Below, one piece after another: positions 1-10,207 of a stretch of DNA of 64,000 bases (its first letter is position 1; each line of letters starts with the position of its first letter). The stretch comes from Planctomycetota bacterium. GTDB taxonomy: Bacteria; Planctomycetota; UBA11346. The stretch is from contig BJHQ01000012.1 in NCBI GenBank assembly GCA_014193115.1, positions 86,803 to 150,802 on the forward strand, written 5' to 3'. Both the position numbers and the translations under genes were made by a program. The notes beneath the pieces are model-generated. The model made no database searches. It was not told where the DNA came from and was given only the letters and a program-made list of their open reading frames with translations.

Positions 1-22
1 TCTCCCTATCCGTTTTTCGCAG

Positions 23-1762
23 ATGCTGCCGGGCACCGCCGGGTGGATCGATCACGCCAAGCTGGAGCCTGACCAATGCTATCTCCTCAAGGCCGGAACC
101 CATCGCCTGCTGATCAGCGCTGCCTGCAAGGATGGCGAGAATCCAACCGGACGCCTGGATCCGATCCTGAACCTGGCAAGCAGCGAGATCACCTCGCTGA
201 GGGAATCGCTCCGCCTGTTCGCCGCCCACGAACGAGGCGACTGGCTGGCCAAGAATCGCGTGGATTTCTACAAAGATTATCTGATGGAGTCGGCGCGGAT
301 GCGGAATTACCTGTTCAGTTGGCTCGGCATGGGTGAAGGCGGATTCCAGTCTGAATCCGGAGGTTACAGCGTAGGAGCATCGTGCGATGTCACGCGCTTC
401 GGTCTGATCCATTGGAATGTCATGGGTCGTTTGGCAAGCGCGCGCGGCGATTTGGCGCACTACATTCCCCGGCATGTGTTCAGCAATCCAGTCGGTTCAC
501 AGGTGATGACCCTGGCCGGTTATCTCCACGGCAACCAAGATGCGAACTTGCAGGGGCTGCCGATCAACGGAATCAACTCCCCGATGTCGGAATCATTTGC
601 CTGCTCGCTTCCGTTCATCAAACCAGCCTGGCAGCCGGCGTCGCTCTGGCTGTGGCAGCGTGAGGCCGGATTCGACCCCAAGGTTCCGGAAACGGCCCTT
701 GCCAAGGCCGATTCGCTGATCGTCTTCTGCGCCTATCCCCATACCGTCGAAGCGCAGGCTCCGTCAACAGCAGCCTGGCCACTGACCTGGTCATCGCCAT
801 TGCGCGGATATTATGGATTCCGCAATGGATATACCGCTTCGACCAAGGATGCTTTGATCCAGATCTTCGCCAAGGCGTCGAATGCCATGGGTTGGAACCA
901 TGCCAATGCTGGCACCTTTACCATCCAGGCTCTCGACCAGCCCTGGGCGATCTCGGTCAAGACCCGCGAAGGCTACCGCTTCCAGGAATCCGTCGTGCAG
1001 ATCCCATCGATCATCAATCATGGTGGCGGTTATGGCGTGGTCCGCGGATCCACCACTGAACCGGATGGCTCAGGCACGTTGTCCATCGACCTGGCCAACG
1101 TTTATGTCCCAAGCGAAACCGCGCCGCCATTGCTCGACAAGAACCGGATGTATGTCCCAGGTGTCGCTGAGCCCAGCGGCCCGATCAGCCAAGGGCGCTT
1201 CTTCGCCGTGGATTACAGCGGCAAAGCCGGTGTTCCGGTGGTGGTGGTGATCGTCGATCGCATTGATGGCCTTGATGGTCTGCCGCGCCATTGGCAATGG
1301 ATGCTTCCGCCGCACCTGCGCGACGGGGTGGCCTATGCTGAACATGACTTCACCGCCAATGCCGGCGAGTCCACGCTGCGGGTGACCTTCGCCCATCCAG
1401 CCAAGCCCGTGTTCAAGAAGCCTGGCGAATGCTCGGTGACCGCAACCACCCGGAAAAAAGATGCGAAGAAGGACGCCGCCGAAGCGCTCGATCTGAAAAT
1501 CGAAGGTTCTGACGGGGAAGTCGCCGGTCTGGGTTCGAGCAAAAAGATCAAGGAGGCGAAGAAGGCGGCAGCCACCGAGGCGCATCCTCTGCTGGGAGTC
1601 GGTGCGATCGGCAACGATCATTTCTTCGCCGTGGCGACCATCGGCGCTGGCGCACCGCCGGCGGTCGAAGTGCGCGGCAGCGGCTTGGACGCCGTGGTCG
1701 TGATCGGCAACCGCAGCTACCGCTTCGACGGCTCCCGGGTGGTGGTCGGCGACAAGCCGTGA
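23..1762 (+). CDS. hypothetical protein (579 aa); may be 5'-truncated by the window edge
   Basis: Long ORF with coding-like codon usage. I did not recognise a specific family from the sequence. Confidence 0.35.
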   Translation: MLPGTAGWIDHAKLEPDQCYLLKAGTHRLLISAACKDGENPTGRLDPILNLASSEITSLRESLRLFAAHERGDWLAKNRVDFYKDYLMESARMRNYLFSWLGMGEGGFQSESGGYSVGASCDVTRFGLIHWNVMGRLASARGDLAHYIPRHVFSNPVGSQVMTLAGYLHGNQDANLQGLPINGINSPMSESFACSLPFIKPAWQPASLWLWQREAGFDPKVPETALAKADSLIVFCAYPHTVEAQAPSTAAWPLTWSSPLRGYYGFRNGYTASTKDALIQIFAKASNAMGWNHANAGTFTIQALDQPWAISVKTREGYRFQESVVQIPSIINHGGGYGVVRGSTTEPDGSGTLSIDLANVYVPSETAPPLLDKNRMYVPGVAEPSGPISQGRFFAVDYSGKAGVPVVVVIVDRIDGLDGLPRHWQWMLPPHLRDGVAYAEHDFTANAGESTLRVTFAHPAKPVFKKPGECSVTATTRKKDAKKDAAEALDLKIEGSDGEVAGLGSSKKIKEAKKAAATEAHPLLGVGAIGNDHFFAVATIGAGAPPAVEVRGSGLDAVVVIGNRSYRFDGSRVVVGDKP

Positions 1763-1832
1763 ACTGGGCCGGACGGGTTCGTCCCGATGCCCTGGCCTTG
1801 CGGCTGACCACCATGACGCTGACAGCGTCTTC

Positions 1833-2446
1833 TTGAGTCCTGACCGTGGAGTCCGCGTGACCAACTCCGCCGCTCGTCCGCTGCGCACCATCGAATTGAT
1901 CCTCGATGCCAAGGCATCGCTCGGCGAAGGCCCCTTGTGGTCGGTCAACGCTGGGCGCCTGTACTGGCTCGACATTCACGCACCCCAGATTCACCGCACC
2001 GATCCGGCGGACGGCAGCGACCGGTTTGTAGAGATTGCCGGCTTTCCCGGCTCGGCAGGAGGATTCGCCATCGCCTGGGAACATGGATTCGGCGCCGTCG
2101 CTCTGGGCGATGGCGCCATCGAACCCTGGTGCGTGGTGATCCGCAAAGACGGACACCAGGGCTGGTTCGACGGCATGTGCATTGATGCGGAAGGCGCTTT
2201 ATGGATCGGTCATTGGGCGGTCACTGCCTGACGAGGTGGGACCCCAAGCGTGGCGAATTGCTTGAGAAGATCGATTTCCCGGTGCCCCATGTGACCTCAT
2301 GCTGCTGTGGCGGTGAGCGTTTGGACACCCTCTTCGTCACTACGGCCAGCGATGGCGTCGATCAGGCGCGCTTCCCCCTGGCTGGCGGCGTCTTCCAGAT
2401 GCCGGTCGGCGCCATTGGTCTGCCATCCACTCCGTTCGCTGGCTGA
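1833..2446 (+). pseudogene. SMP-30/gluconolactonase/LRE-like, frameshifted and N-terminally shortened
   Basis: ORF 1833-2231 carries SLGEGPLWS..RLYWLDI and MCIDAEGALWIGHW motifs. It continues in another frame (2201-2446) with PVPHVTSCCCGGERLDTLFVTTAS, the typical C-terminal blade. About 100 aa of a normal ~290 aa protein are missing. Confidence 0.55.
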
Positions 2447-2703
2447 TTCGCAACGGATTTCACGCATCAGTACGGTGCTCCATCCGCCAGCGGTGCCGAC
2501 TGACAGTCAAGACACGGCCAGCCAGCGTGTCCGATGCGGACCGATGGTTGCATGGTGATCGATCAGCCCGAATATAAGGGCTGTCAAACCAATCGCTCAT
2601 CCGGATGGCGCGCTGCTCTTCATCGTGACGAGCCTGCTTCCGCCAAGCCCATTGAGCATGCACCTGGCCAGTCCAGGCGCTCAATCCGTCACGGGGATGC
2701 CGC

Positions 2704-3717
2704 ATGGCCGAAGTCAGCGCCGGACACCAGCGAAACGCCCGTGAGGTCATGGCCGCGACCCGGCCGATGGCTGAGGATGATCCGGCCAAAAGCTGGTGGT
2801 ATGTCGCAACCACGTTGACCATCATGACCGGCCTGCTCGGCATTGCTGCGGCCGCCCCGTGGTGGCCGGTTCGTTTGGTTGCCTCGGTGTTCGGGGCCCT
2901 GGTCATGGTCCGGATGTTCATTCTCTACCATGATTTCATGCATGGCTCGATCCTGCGCCGGTCGTTGCTTGCTCGCGTCGTTCTGCTGTCGTATGGCTAT
3001 CTGGTCCTGGTTCCGGCGCGATCCTGGCGTTTCAGCCATAATTTCCACCATGCCCATCCTGGCATCCCCTCCGACGCCAGCGCCGGTTCATTCCCGCTGC
3101 TGACCACGGACATGTGGCGTGAGGCTTCTTGGCTGAAACGTGCCCGCTACCGGTTCAGCCGGCATCCGATCATCATCCTCTGCGCCTACATCACGGTCTT
3201 CGCCTATAGCCTGACGATCGAGGCGTTCCTCGAAAACCCCAAGAAGAACTGGGATTCGCTGCTCGCCATCGCGGTGCATAGCGCCCTGGTCGCCGGGGTC
3301 TGGTGGTTCGGCGGTTTCGAGATGGCCTTTTTCGCTGTGATCCTGCCGATGATCGTGGCCAGCATGATCGGCGCCTATTTATTCTATGTGCAGCACAACT
3401 TCGTCGGCATGCGCATCGTTCCTGGCGAGGAATGGAGCAATTACCAGGCATCCCTCGATTCATGCAGCTTTCTGCGGGTCGGACCGATCATGCGCTGGTT
3501 CACCGGCGATATCGGTTATCACCATGTCCATCATTTGAATGCAGCCATCCCATTCTACCGTTTGGAAGAGACCATGGCCGCCGTGCCCGAGCTTCAGCAT
3601 CCCGTCGAGACCTCCCTGACGCTCAAGGATATTCTCGCCTGCCTGCGGCTGAAGTTGTGGGACACGCGTTCAGGGAAGATGCTGACCTATGCACAGGCCA
3701 GGCAGCTCGCGAGCTGA
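2704..3717 (+). CDS. membrane fatty-acid desaturase family protein
   Basis: Three histidine boxes (HDFMHGS, HNFHHAHP, HHVHHL) and multiple TM segments. Confidence 0.7.
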   Translation: MAEVSAGHQRNAREVMAATRPMAEDDPAKSWWYVATTLTIMTGLLGIAAAAPWWPVRLVASVFGALVMVRMFILYHDFMHGSILRRSLLARVVLLSYGYLVLVPARSWRFSHNFHHAHPGIPSDASAGSFPLLTTDMWREASWLKRARYRFSRHPIIILCAYITVFAYSLTIEAFLENPKKNWDSLLAIAVHSALVAGVWWFGGFEMAFFAVILPMIVASMIGAYLFYVQHNFVGMRIVPGEEWSNYQASLDSCSFLRVGPIMRWFTGDIGYHHVHHLNAAIPFYRLEETMAAVPELQHPVETSLTLKDILACLRLKLWDTRSGKMLTYAQARQLAS

Positions 3718-3719
3718 CG

Positions 3720-4523
3720 TCACGTTGGCAGCGGCGTCCTGACCGTGCTCGGTGGACGCCCCACCACCCGGCGGAACACCCGGCTGAAGTGGTAGGGATC
3801 GGGGTAGCCGACCATTTCGGCGACCTCGGCCACGCGATACGAACCGGTGATCAGCAGGCGATGCGCCTGCTCCATGCGTTTCTCCGCGATCCAGCGGGCT
3901 GGCGTGCGGCCGGTTTCCGCTAGGAACAGCCTGCGCAGGTGGTCGCGGGCCAGTCCGGCTGCGGCCATGAGCGTACCGACGTGGATCGACGGCTGATCGA
4001 GGTGGTCTGACAGCAACTGCTTCAAGCGTCCGACCGCCGGATGCCCACCCATGGCGAGCCTGCGGCGCAGGTGGACCAGGAGCCCGGCCAGCACAGCAGC
4101 GGTCTCCTCCTGCCAGCCGGGGCTGCGCAGTTGGAATTCCTGATGCAACGCCGCCAGCAGATGGGCGAGAGCGCCGTCCGGCGCGGTGATGAAAGCCGGG
4201 ACCGGCGCAGTTCCAACGTGTCCCCGGTGCAGCCCTTCAATGTGCAGGAAATAATTGGTGTACCCGCCAGGGCAGCGCTCGACATGGGGAATGCTCGGTG
4301 GCAGGCAGAGCAGCGTCCCCGGAGCGATTGGACAGACCTGGTCGCCGACCTCGATGGCGCCATTGCCCGACGTGTAGAACACCACCTCCCACACCGTGTG
4401 GCCGTGACGCGGTGGTCCGCAGCTCGGCTGACCGATCCGCCCGATCAGCCGGAGCGACGGTACCGCGTTTCCATCCATCCGGCCGGGCTTGGGCGCCATG
4501 GATCGGGGCATGCCGCGCACCAT
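3720..4523 (-). CDS. AraC-family transcriptional regulator (cupin N-domain + HTH)
   Basis: The C-terminal AraC HTH signature (..GYPDPYHFSRVFRRVVGRPPS) and an N-terminal cupin-like region. The start may be an internal Met because the divergent neighbour starts 11 bp away. Confidence 0.7.
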   Translation of the reverse strand: MVRGMPRSMAPKPGRMDGNAVPSLRLIGRIGQPSCGPPRHGHTVWEVVFYTSGNGAIEVGDQVCPIAPGTLLCLPPSIPHVERCPGGYTNYFLHIEGLHRGHVGTAPVPAFITAPDGALAHLLAALHQEFQLRSPGWQEETAAVLAGLLVHLRRRLAMGGHPAVGRLKQLLSDHLDQPSIHVGTLMAAAGLARDHLRRLFLAETGRTPARWIAEKRMEQAHRLLITGSYRVAEVAEMVGYPDPYHFSRVFRRVVGRPPSTVRTPLPT

Positions 4524-4534
4524 AGAATGCGGCT

Positions 4535-5509
4535 ATGCACGACGCCACACCTGCCGCCCACGCAACCGGATCGAACTTCGTCGGCCCGACCGAGGTCACC
4601 GCCTTCCGCCGCGATGGATTCCTGATCGTCCGCCGGCTGGTCGATGCGGACGACATCGCGGAGATCGCAGATCATGCCCAGGCGATTCTCGACGGCACTT
4701 TGCCAGGACTTGCCGAACTCATCGGTCGGGACCCTGCCGGCATGACGCAAGCCGACTTGGCGATGGCCTCGACGCGATTGCATATGCTCCATCGCCGTCG
4801 CGCCGAGCATGAGCGCTGGCTGCTTCATGAACGGTTGCTCGACGTGCTGGCCATCCTGATCGGCCCGGATGTGCTGGCCCTGCAATCGATGTTGTTCATC
4901 AAGCCGCCTGGATCCGGCGGCCAGGGTTGGCATCAGGATTCGCTGTATATCCCGACTCAACCGCTGAGCCTGTGCGGAGCGTGGCTGGCCGTCGATCGGG
5001 TCGATGACGAAAACGGGGGCGTGTGGTTCGCCAAAGGCAGCCACGCTGAACCGGTGTACCCTCCAGCGCATCAAGGTGATCTGGCCGAATGGGGCGAAAG
5101 CCACATCCCGGGAGTCCCGGCCCTCGGCGGAAGCAGCGACCAGCGTTTCGCCCCGGTGGCCGAGCGGTACCCCGCGGTTCTCGGGGCCATGGATCCAGGT
5201 GATTGCGTGTTCTTCCATGGTTCACTCCTCCACCGCAGCGGTCCGAACCGCAGTCGCGACCGTCTGCGCCGGGCCTTCGTCGGTCATTACTGCAACGCCA
5301 GATCGTTCGTCGGCTGGGGAGCCGACATCGCCGTGGGCAATGTCCACCGGGCGCCGATCACCGACCCAACCACCGGCATGACCAATGCGTCCCACATCCT
5401 GGCCCGGGGCGACAGCCACCTACCGTTCCGAACAGCTGCCTTCGGCACCCCCTGCGCAGCTGACTGGTCGGCCGAACAGCGGAAGATGCGCAGTTGGTTG
5501 CGGCGGTAA
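4535..5509 (+). CDS. phytanoyl-CoA dioxygenase (PhyH) family Fe(II)/2-oxoglutarate oxygenase
   Basis: PhyH-like N-terminus (FRRDGFLIVRRLV) and a His/Asp-containing core (WHQDSLYIP...HGSLLHRSGPN). Confidence 0.6.
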   Translation: MHDATPAAHATGSNFVGPTEVTAFRRDGFLIVRRLVDADDIAEIADHAQAILDGTLPGLAELIGRDPAGMTQADLAMASTRLHMLHRRRAEHERWLLHERLLDVLAILIGPDVLALQSMLFIKPPGSGGQGWHQDSLYIPTQPLSLCGAWLAVDRVDDENGGVWFAKGSHAEPVYPPAHQGDLAEWGESHIPGVPALGGSSDQRFAPVAERYPAVLGAMDPGDCVFFHGSLLHRSGPNRSRDRLRRAFVGHYCNARSFVGWGADIAVGNVHRAPITDPTTGMTNASHILARGDSHLPFRTAAFGTPCAADWSAEQRKMRSWLRR

Positions 5510-5581
5510 CACGGCGTTCCAACCCACCGCTTTCGAATGTGGTCGGCTGAACGGCACCCTCAGCCCATGAGCTGGTCCGAC

Positions 5582-8500
5582 CTATCCTATCTCCTCAACC
5601 GTGCAGCTCGGCGGCAACAAGTGCAGGTCCTCGATCTGCCCGGCACGGCAGACCAGCCGGCGGAGCGGCTGGCGCACCACCGGGGCGATCGAACGGACTG
5701 CGGTTTTGGCGATGTTCAGGGTGATCAGCTCGGCGGCGTGGAGCGGAGCCAGGTCCCTGACCAGCGGGATGACCAAGAAGAGTTCGACCAAAGGAAGACC
5801 TTCGATGGCGTCGAGCCGATCGAGCCAGGGCAGTTCCAAGGCCATGATCGCCAAGGGCAGCGTGCGCAGCTGGCCCAGATCGCACGGGGTCGCTGAGGAC
5901 ATCAGGAACTGCCGCAAGGGCATCCCCTGCAAAGCCGACAGGTCGCGCAGCTTCCCGCCGTCGATGGACAGGTGGCGCAGCGGGGTGCCGGCCAGGGGTG
6001 TGAGATCCTCGACCTGGACTCCGGCCATGCTCAGGATCTCCAACGGCTGACCGCGCAAGCTGGTGATGTCCGTGGCGCCGTGACTGCGATCAAGGAAGAC
6101 CTGGCGCAAGGCGGCGCCCGATACTGCCTGCAACCGGTGCAAGCGCGGGCACCCGCGCAGGTGCAGGAATTGCAGCTGAGCGCTATCGAGACCACGCACA
6201 TCCGTGATCGGATTCTGGTCAAAGCAGGCGAAACGCAGCGGCAATCCGGCGAGCGGCCGCAGGTCGTCGATCGCGTTGTCCGTCGCCGACACGCCTGTCA
6301 GCTCCATCCCGGCGAGCGGCCCAAGCTCTTTCAGCCCGCAGCCATCGATGCTCAGGTGGTCGATCGGCATGCCGGCCAGGGCGCTCAGGTCGGCAGCGGG
6401 TCCAGGCAAGGTGACGCGCAGGCTGCTGCCGGAGAAGGCGGCGGTTCCTCCGGGACAGGCGCGGGCGGCGGCAGCTTGATACCTTGGCAGCCGGAGCGCC
6501 GATTCCTTGGCCAGCTCGATGCGGCGGAGCAGGGCCTCGGTCAGACGCCGGCGCTGCGGCGGCAGAGGCGTCGCCAACAGTTCAGCACAAAGATCCTCGG
6601 CTCCGGCGGTCTTCCCGGAAATCAGCAGACGCTCCGCCGTGGCCAGGAGATCCTCCAGCTCGGGGGCTCCGGCTTGATGGATGCGCAGGCGATCGATCCG
6701 CATCTCCGTGCCATAGGTCAGCAGGCCAAGCCGGACATGGGCGGCGCCCGAGAGCGGGTCGGGATCCTCAATCGTCGTCATCAGATGATCGTTGACGAAC
6801 ACCGCGATCGTCCGGCCGATGCGGTCCACCCGCAGCCGCACTGGCCGGCCGACGACCAGGGGCGAGGTCCGCTCGGCGTGCAGCCGCCGACCTGCCCGGA
6901 TCACCAGATTGAGGGTGTTGGAGTAGGCACCGATCTTCACCTGATAGCCGCTGTCGAGCACCTTGGTGATGTCGATGCCGTCTCGGGCGGCGAAGAACAC
7001 GCTGGCATCGCTGACCAATCCGCCGAGCGGGGTGAGTTCAGCCTCGATCCGCAGATCGCCAGCCACCGCCTGGTCGAGCAGCGCCGCCGCCAGCTGCCCT
7101 CCGGAGAGCACCAGGCGACCGGACGCACCCACCAGCTTGCCATGCACCGTGAACCGACGGATGGCGTCCTCAGCGAGTTGCCCTGCCAGGTCGTACACCA
7201 GGTGCCACTGCCGCACCGTCGCCCGTTCGATCGCCTGAAGTCGGCCGAGGGCGGCGGCCTCGGCGATGCTGCGCTCGCGGGCGCTGGCGATGGCGATGAG
7301 CGCGGCGGTATGTTCGCTGTCGCTCGGGTCGAGCAGCCGTTCGGCATGGTCAAGGTCGCCGCGGGACAGGGCCGACTGGGCGTGGCGCAGGTGGGCCTCG
7401 CTGAGGCCGCGCTGGGCGACGGCGTTGCCCGGCCACAAGCGCAAGGCCTGCTCGAAGCCCAATCTTGCCCGCAAAAAGCCGTCGCCGTCGCCGGCGGCGA
7501 CCGCCGCCGCCAGATCCCGACCAGCTTCAAGGGCCAGCAGCACGCTGCGCCGGTTCGCACGGCAAGCGACCAGTTCGGCCCGGAACGCTGCGGCATCGGC
7601 TGGCCGCCGCTGCGGATCGCTGGCCAGGCTGCGCTCGGCGACCTGGGCCAGCGGCTCATCGGCCGGGAAGGCCGGCAGCTGGTTGGCCTCGGCCTCCACC
7701 AGGCATTCCACCACGGTCGACCCGCCATGGGGCGGGCGGCCGAGCAGGATCTCGCACAAGATCCCGCCGAGCAGATAGACCTCGCTCGCTGGCCCGATCT
7801 GCGTGGCCTGCCCCTTGGCGACCTCCGGAGGCATGTAAGCCGGCGTGCCCACCGCATGCCCGGCGCGCGGGCGCAGCAGCAACCCGCGCAACTGCGCCGG
7901 CGGATCGCCCCAGGACGCGGCCATGCCCCAGTCGGCCAGATAGATCTGCCCGTGTTCGCCGAGCAGCACGTTCGCCGGTTTGATATCGCGATGCAGGATG
8001 CCGAGGGCGTTGGCGTGGGCGACCGCATCGGTCACGGCGAGCAGGATATCGAGATTGCGCTCCAGGCCGAGGACCGGCATCGATTCGCGCCAGCTCTGCT
8101 GCTCCATCAGGCGCATGGCCAGGAATGGTTGGCCATCCTGGTCGATGGCGAGGTCATACACCGGAAGGATGTGGGGATGCTCAAGCAGCGCGCCGACCAG
8201 CCCTTCGACCAGGAAATTGTGCACCCGGTTGCGCGCGGTCTCGGTCGGTCGTTTCAGAGCCACCGGGCGGTCGAGGAAACCTTGGCGGGCCTCGATCACG
8301 GTCCCGGTGCCGCCGTCGCCCAGCGCTCTGCCGGGCCGGTAATCGGCCAAGGCGCTGGGCCCGACCACCCGGCGCGGCAGCCGCTCCGTGGCATCGATCA
8401 GCGTCCGGCGCAGGACATGGCTGTCGTCTTCGTTCAGGGTCGTGCAGGTGGCGGTGGGATCGCCGCCGGCCCGGATCCGCACCGATCCAAGAGCCGGCGA

Positions 8501-9610
8501 TAAGGGACGGCCGCTGCCGCTGCGGGAGATGGCAACGACTGCGAGGTCGTCTTCGGGCGATCCGCACCAGGCCCCGACCCCGGCCTGCACCGCCGCCGCC
8601 ATCGCCTGTCCGCCGACCGGACGGCGAAGGCCGCGCAGCAGCGCGCACAGCCGGTCGAGGCCGAACAGCGTCCCGTCGCCGGACGCCGCTTCGACCACCC
8701 CATCGGTGAACAGCAGCAAGGAATCGCCAGGGCCGAGCCGGGTGGTGATGGAGCTGGCCTGGGCCAGGAACACCAGATCGGGCAGCAGGCCGATCGCTGC
8801 ACCAGCGGCGCCCACCGGCATGATTTGCTGGCCGGGGAAGGCCGGCACCACCAACGCCTGGTGATGTCCGGCCAGGGCGATGGCGCAGGTGCCGTCCGCC
8901 GGGTCGATCTCCACGGCGCATGCGGTGATGAATCGTCCCGCCGGCAGCTTGGGATGGAGTTCACGATTGAGGGCGGCCAGCAGTTCCACCGGCCCGCGGC
9001 ACCGCGGTCTGGCGAGGCGGATGGTGGTGAGCGCAGTCGTCGCCACCAACGCCCCCTGCACCCCGTGGCCAGCGACATCGCCGATCACCACCGACAGCCG
9101 GCCACCAGGGAGTTCCGCGAGATCGTACAGATCGCCGCTGATTCCGCCGACCCCGGTCCACACAGCGCCGAGATCGAGGCCGGCGATGGTTGGCGGGGTT
9201 CCCACCAGATGCCGCTGCAAAGATTCCGCTCTGGCCAGATCGTCACTGGATACCGCCGTTGGCACCGGGCTCGGCAGATCGATGGTGCCGATCTCCTCGG
9301 CGGTCAGGTGGCCGCTGCGGCTGCGGACCAGGCGCAGTTCCGCCTGGCCGAGGGTCAGGATGTCATCAGGGGTCAATGCGGTTGGCGTGCTGATCAGCTG
9401 GCCATTGCACCGGGTGCCGTTGCGCGAGCCGAGATCCTCGACCAAGAAGACGCCCTCTCGCCAGAACACCCGGCAATGCTCCCGGGACACGCCGTCGATG
9501 GTCAAGCGCACTTCGCAGCCAGGTGAGCGGCCGATGGTCAGCGGTCGATCGGCACTGAGCGGCATCGGCACGCCGCCAGGCAGGATGAGCCACGTGCGAA
9601 CCGCTGCCAT
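5582..9610 (-). CDS. multidomain signalling protein: FHA - PP2C/SpoIIE-type phosphatase - Ser/Thr protein kinase - helical/TPR-like region - leucine-rich repeats (1342 aa)
   Basis: FHA motif (PLTIGRSPGCEVRL...SREHCRV...EDLGSRNGT). RsbU/PP2C motifs (GDVAGHGVQGA, FTDGVVEA). Kinase G-loop/VAIK, HRDIKPANVLL, DWG and GTPAYMPPE. C-terminal LxxLxLxxxxIxDLxPL repeats. Confidence 0.8.
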   Translation of the reverse strand: MAAVRTWLILPGGVPMPLSADRPLTIGRSPGCEVRLTIDGVSREHCRVFWREGVFLVEDLGSRNGTRCNGQLISTPTALTPDDILTLGQAELRLVRSRSGHLTAEEIGTIDLPSPVPTAVSSDDLARAESLQRHLVGTPPTIAGLDLGAVWTGVGGISGDLYDLAELPGGRLSVVIGDVAGHGVQGALVATTALTTIRLARPRCRGPVELLAALNRELHPKLPAGRFITACAVEIDPADGTCAIALAGHHQALVVPAFPGQQIMPVGAAGAAIGLLPDLVFLAQASSITTRLGPGDSLLLFTDGVVEAASGDGTLFGLDRLCALLRGLRRPVGGQAMAAAVQAGVGAWCGSPEDDLAVVAISRSGSGRPLSPALGSVRIRAGGDPTATCTTLNEDDSHVLRRTLIDATERLPRRVVGPSALADYRPGRALGDGGTGTVIEARQGFLDRPVALKRPTETARNRVHNFLVEGLVGALLEHPHILPVYDLAIDQDGQPFLAMRLMEQQSWRESMPVLGLERNLDILLAVTDAVAHANALGILHRDIKPANVLLGEHGQIYLADWGMAASWGDPPAQLRGLLLRPRAGHAVGTPAYMPPEVAKGQATQIGPASEVYLLGGILCEILLGRPPHGGSTVVECLVEAEANQLPAFPADEPLAQVAERSLASDPQRRPADAAAFRAELVACRANRRSVLLALEAGRDLAAAVAAGDGDGFLRARLGFEQALRLWPGNAVAQRGLSEAHLRHAQSALSRGDLDHAERLLDPSDSEHTAALIAIASARERSIAEAAALGRLQAIERATVRQWHLVYDLAGQLAEDAIRRFTVHGKLVGASGRLVLSGGQLAAALLDQAVAGDLRIEAELTPLGGLVSDASVFFAARDGIDITKVLDSGYQVKIGAYSNTLNLVIRAGRRLHAERTSPLVVGRPVRLRVDRIGRTIAVFVNDHLMTTIEDPDPLSGAAHVRLGLLTYGTEMRIDRLRIHQAGAPELEDLLATAERLLISGKTAGAEDLCAELLATPLPPQRRRLTEALLRRIELAKESALRLPRYQAAAARACPGGTAAFSGSSLRVTLPGPAADLSALAGMPIDHLSIDGCGLKELGPLAGMELTGVSATDNAIDDLRPLAGLPLRFACFDQNPITDVRGLDSAQLQFLHLRGCPRLHRLQAVSGAALRQVFLDRSHGATDITSLRGQPLEILSMAGVQVEDLTPLAGTPLRHLSIDGGKLRDLSALQGMPLRQFLMSSATPCDLGQLRTLPLAIMALELPWLDRLDAIEGLPLVELFLVIPLVRDLAPLHAAELITLNIAKTAVRSIAPVVRQPLRRLVCRAGQIEDLHLLPPSCTVEEIG

Positions 9611-9730
9611 TCCGTCATTCCGCCGTGCTGCAGCGAACCCGCAACGGTCGCTGACTGGTCGACCGCTGGCTGCTTCCGAACCGGATCGCCGACGCGCCGT
9701 CCAGCGCTCCTCCGCGCAGCCTGCGTCTGC

Positions 9731-10174
9731 TCACGGCGAGCTGCGGGGCTGCTTCTCCCAGGCTTCGATTCCGCCTGGAACCACCTGGAAGATCGGATGG
9801 GGAAGGATCGGTCTGACGGTTTTATTCCTTGCCCAGGCGCTGGCATCGCGAACCGCTAACTTCAGCTGCAAATGTTCGAATTCGTAGCTGAGCTGCCGGC
9901 GATGGACTGGAATCCTCGACTGCTCATCGATGCGTGCGATCTTACCCACGGAGAAATGATACCCGCGTTTCTCCGATTCTTCGAGGACGAAACGCAGGTA
10001 GTTCCCGATGGCGCCGATCGGGTCGGCAGCCTGCTGGAACCTGATCAGCTGCGGGTGCTTGGTGTAGCCACGGGTCAATCCCTGGAGTACGGCCTGGGCC
10101 AGGAGCGTTTCCCGCCATAACGCCACCAGGCCCTTGGCATCCAGATACTGCGGGTGGAGCGACCAGATGCGCAT
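9731..10174 (-). CDS. pyrimidine dimer DNA glycosylase (T4 endonuclease V-like)
   Basis: N-terminus MRIWSLHPQYLDAKGLVALWRETLLAQ is characteristic of the DenV/Pyr_excise family. It is 147 aa. Confidence 0.6.
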   Translation of the reverse strand: MRIWSLHPQYLDAKGLVALWRETLLAQAVLQGLTRGYTKHPQLIRFQQAADPIGAIGNYLRFVLEESEKRGYHFSVGKIARIDEQSRIPVHRRQLSYEFEHLQLKLAVRDASAWARNKTVRPILPHPIFQVVPGGIEAWEKQPRSSP

Positions 10175-10207
10175 GACCGTCCGACCCGCCCGTGGTGCCG
10201 GCTCGCG

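Noticed and set aside
5972-8503. 843-aa plus-strand ORF antisense to the giant kinase gene. Similar very long antisense ORFs occur at 10154-13060, 34976-37204 and 56088-59594.
   Set aside because: They are Arg/Ala/Gly-rich and low-complexity, lie exactly opposite well-supported genes, and are typical stop-codon-poor antisense frames in high-GC DNA.
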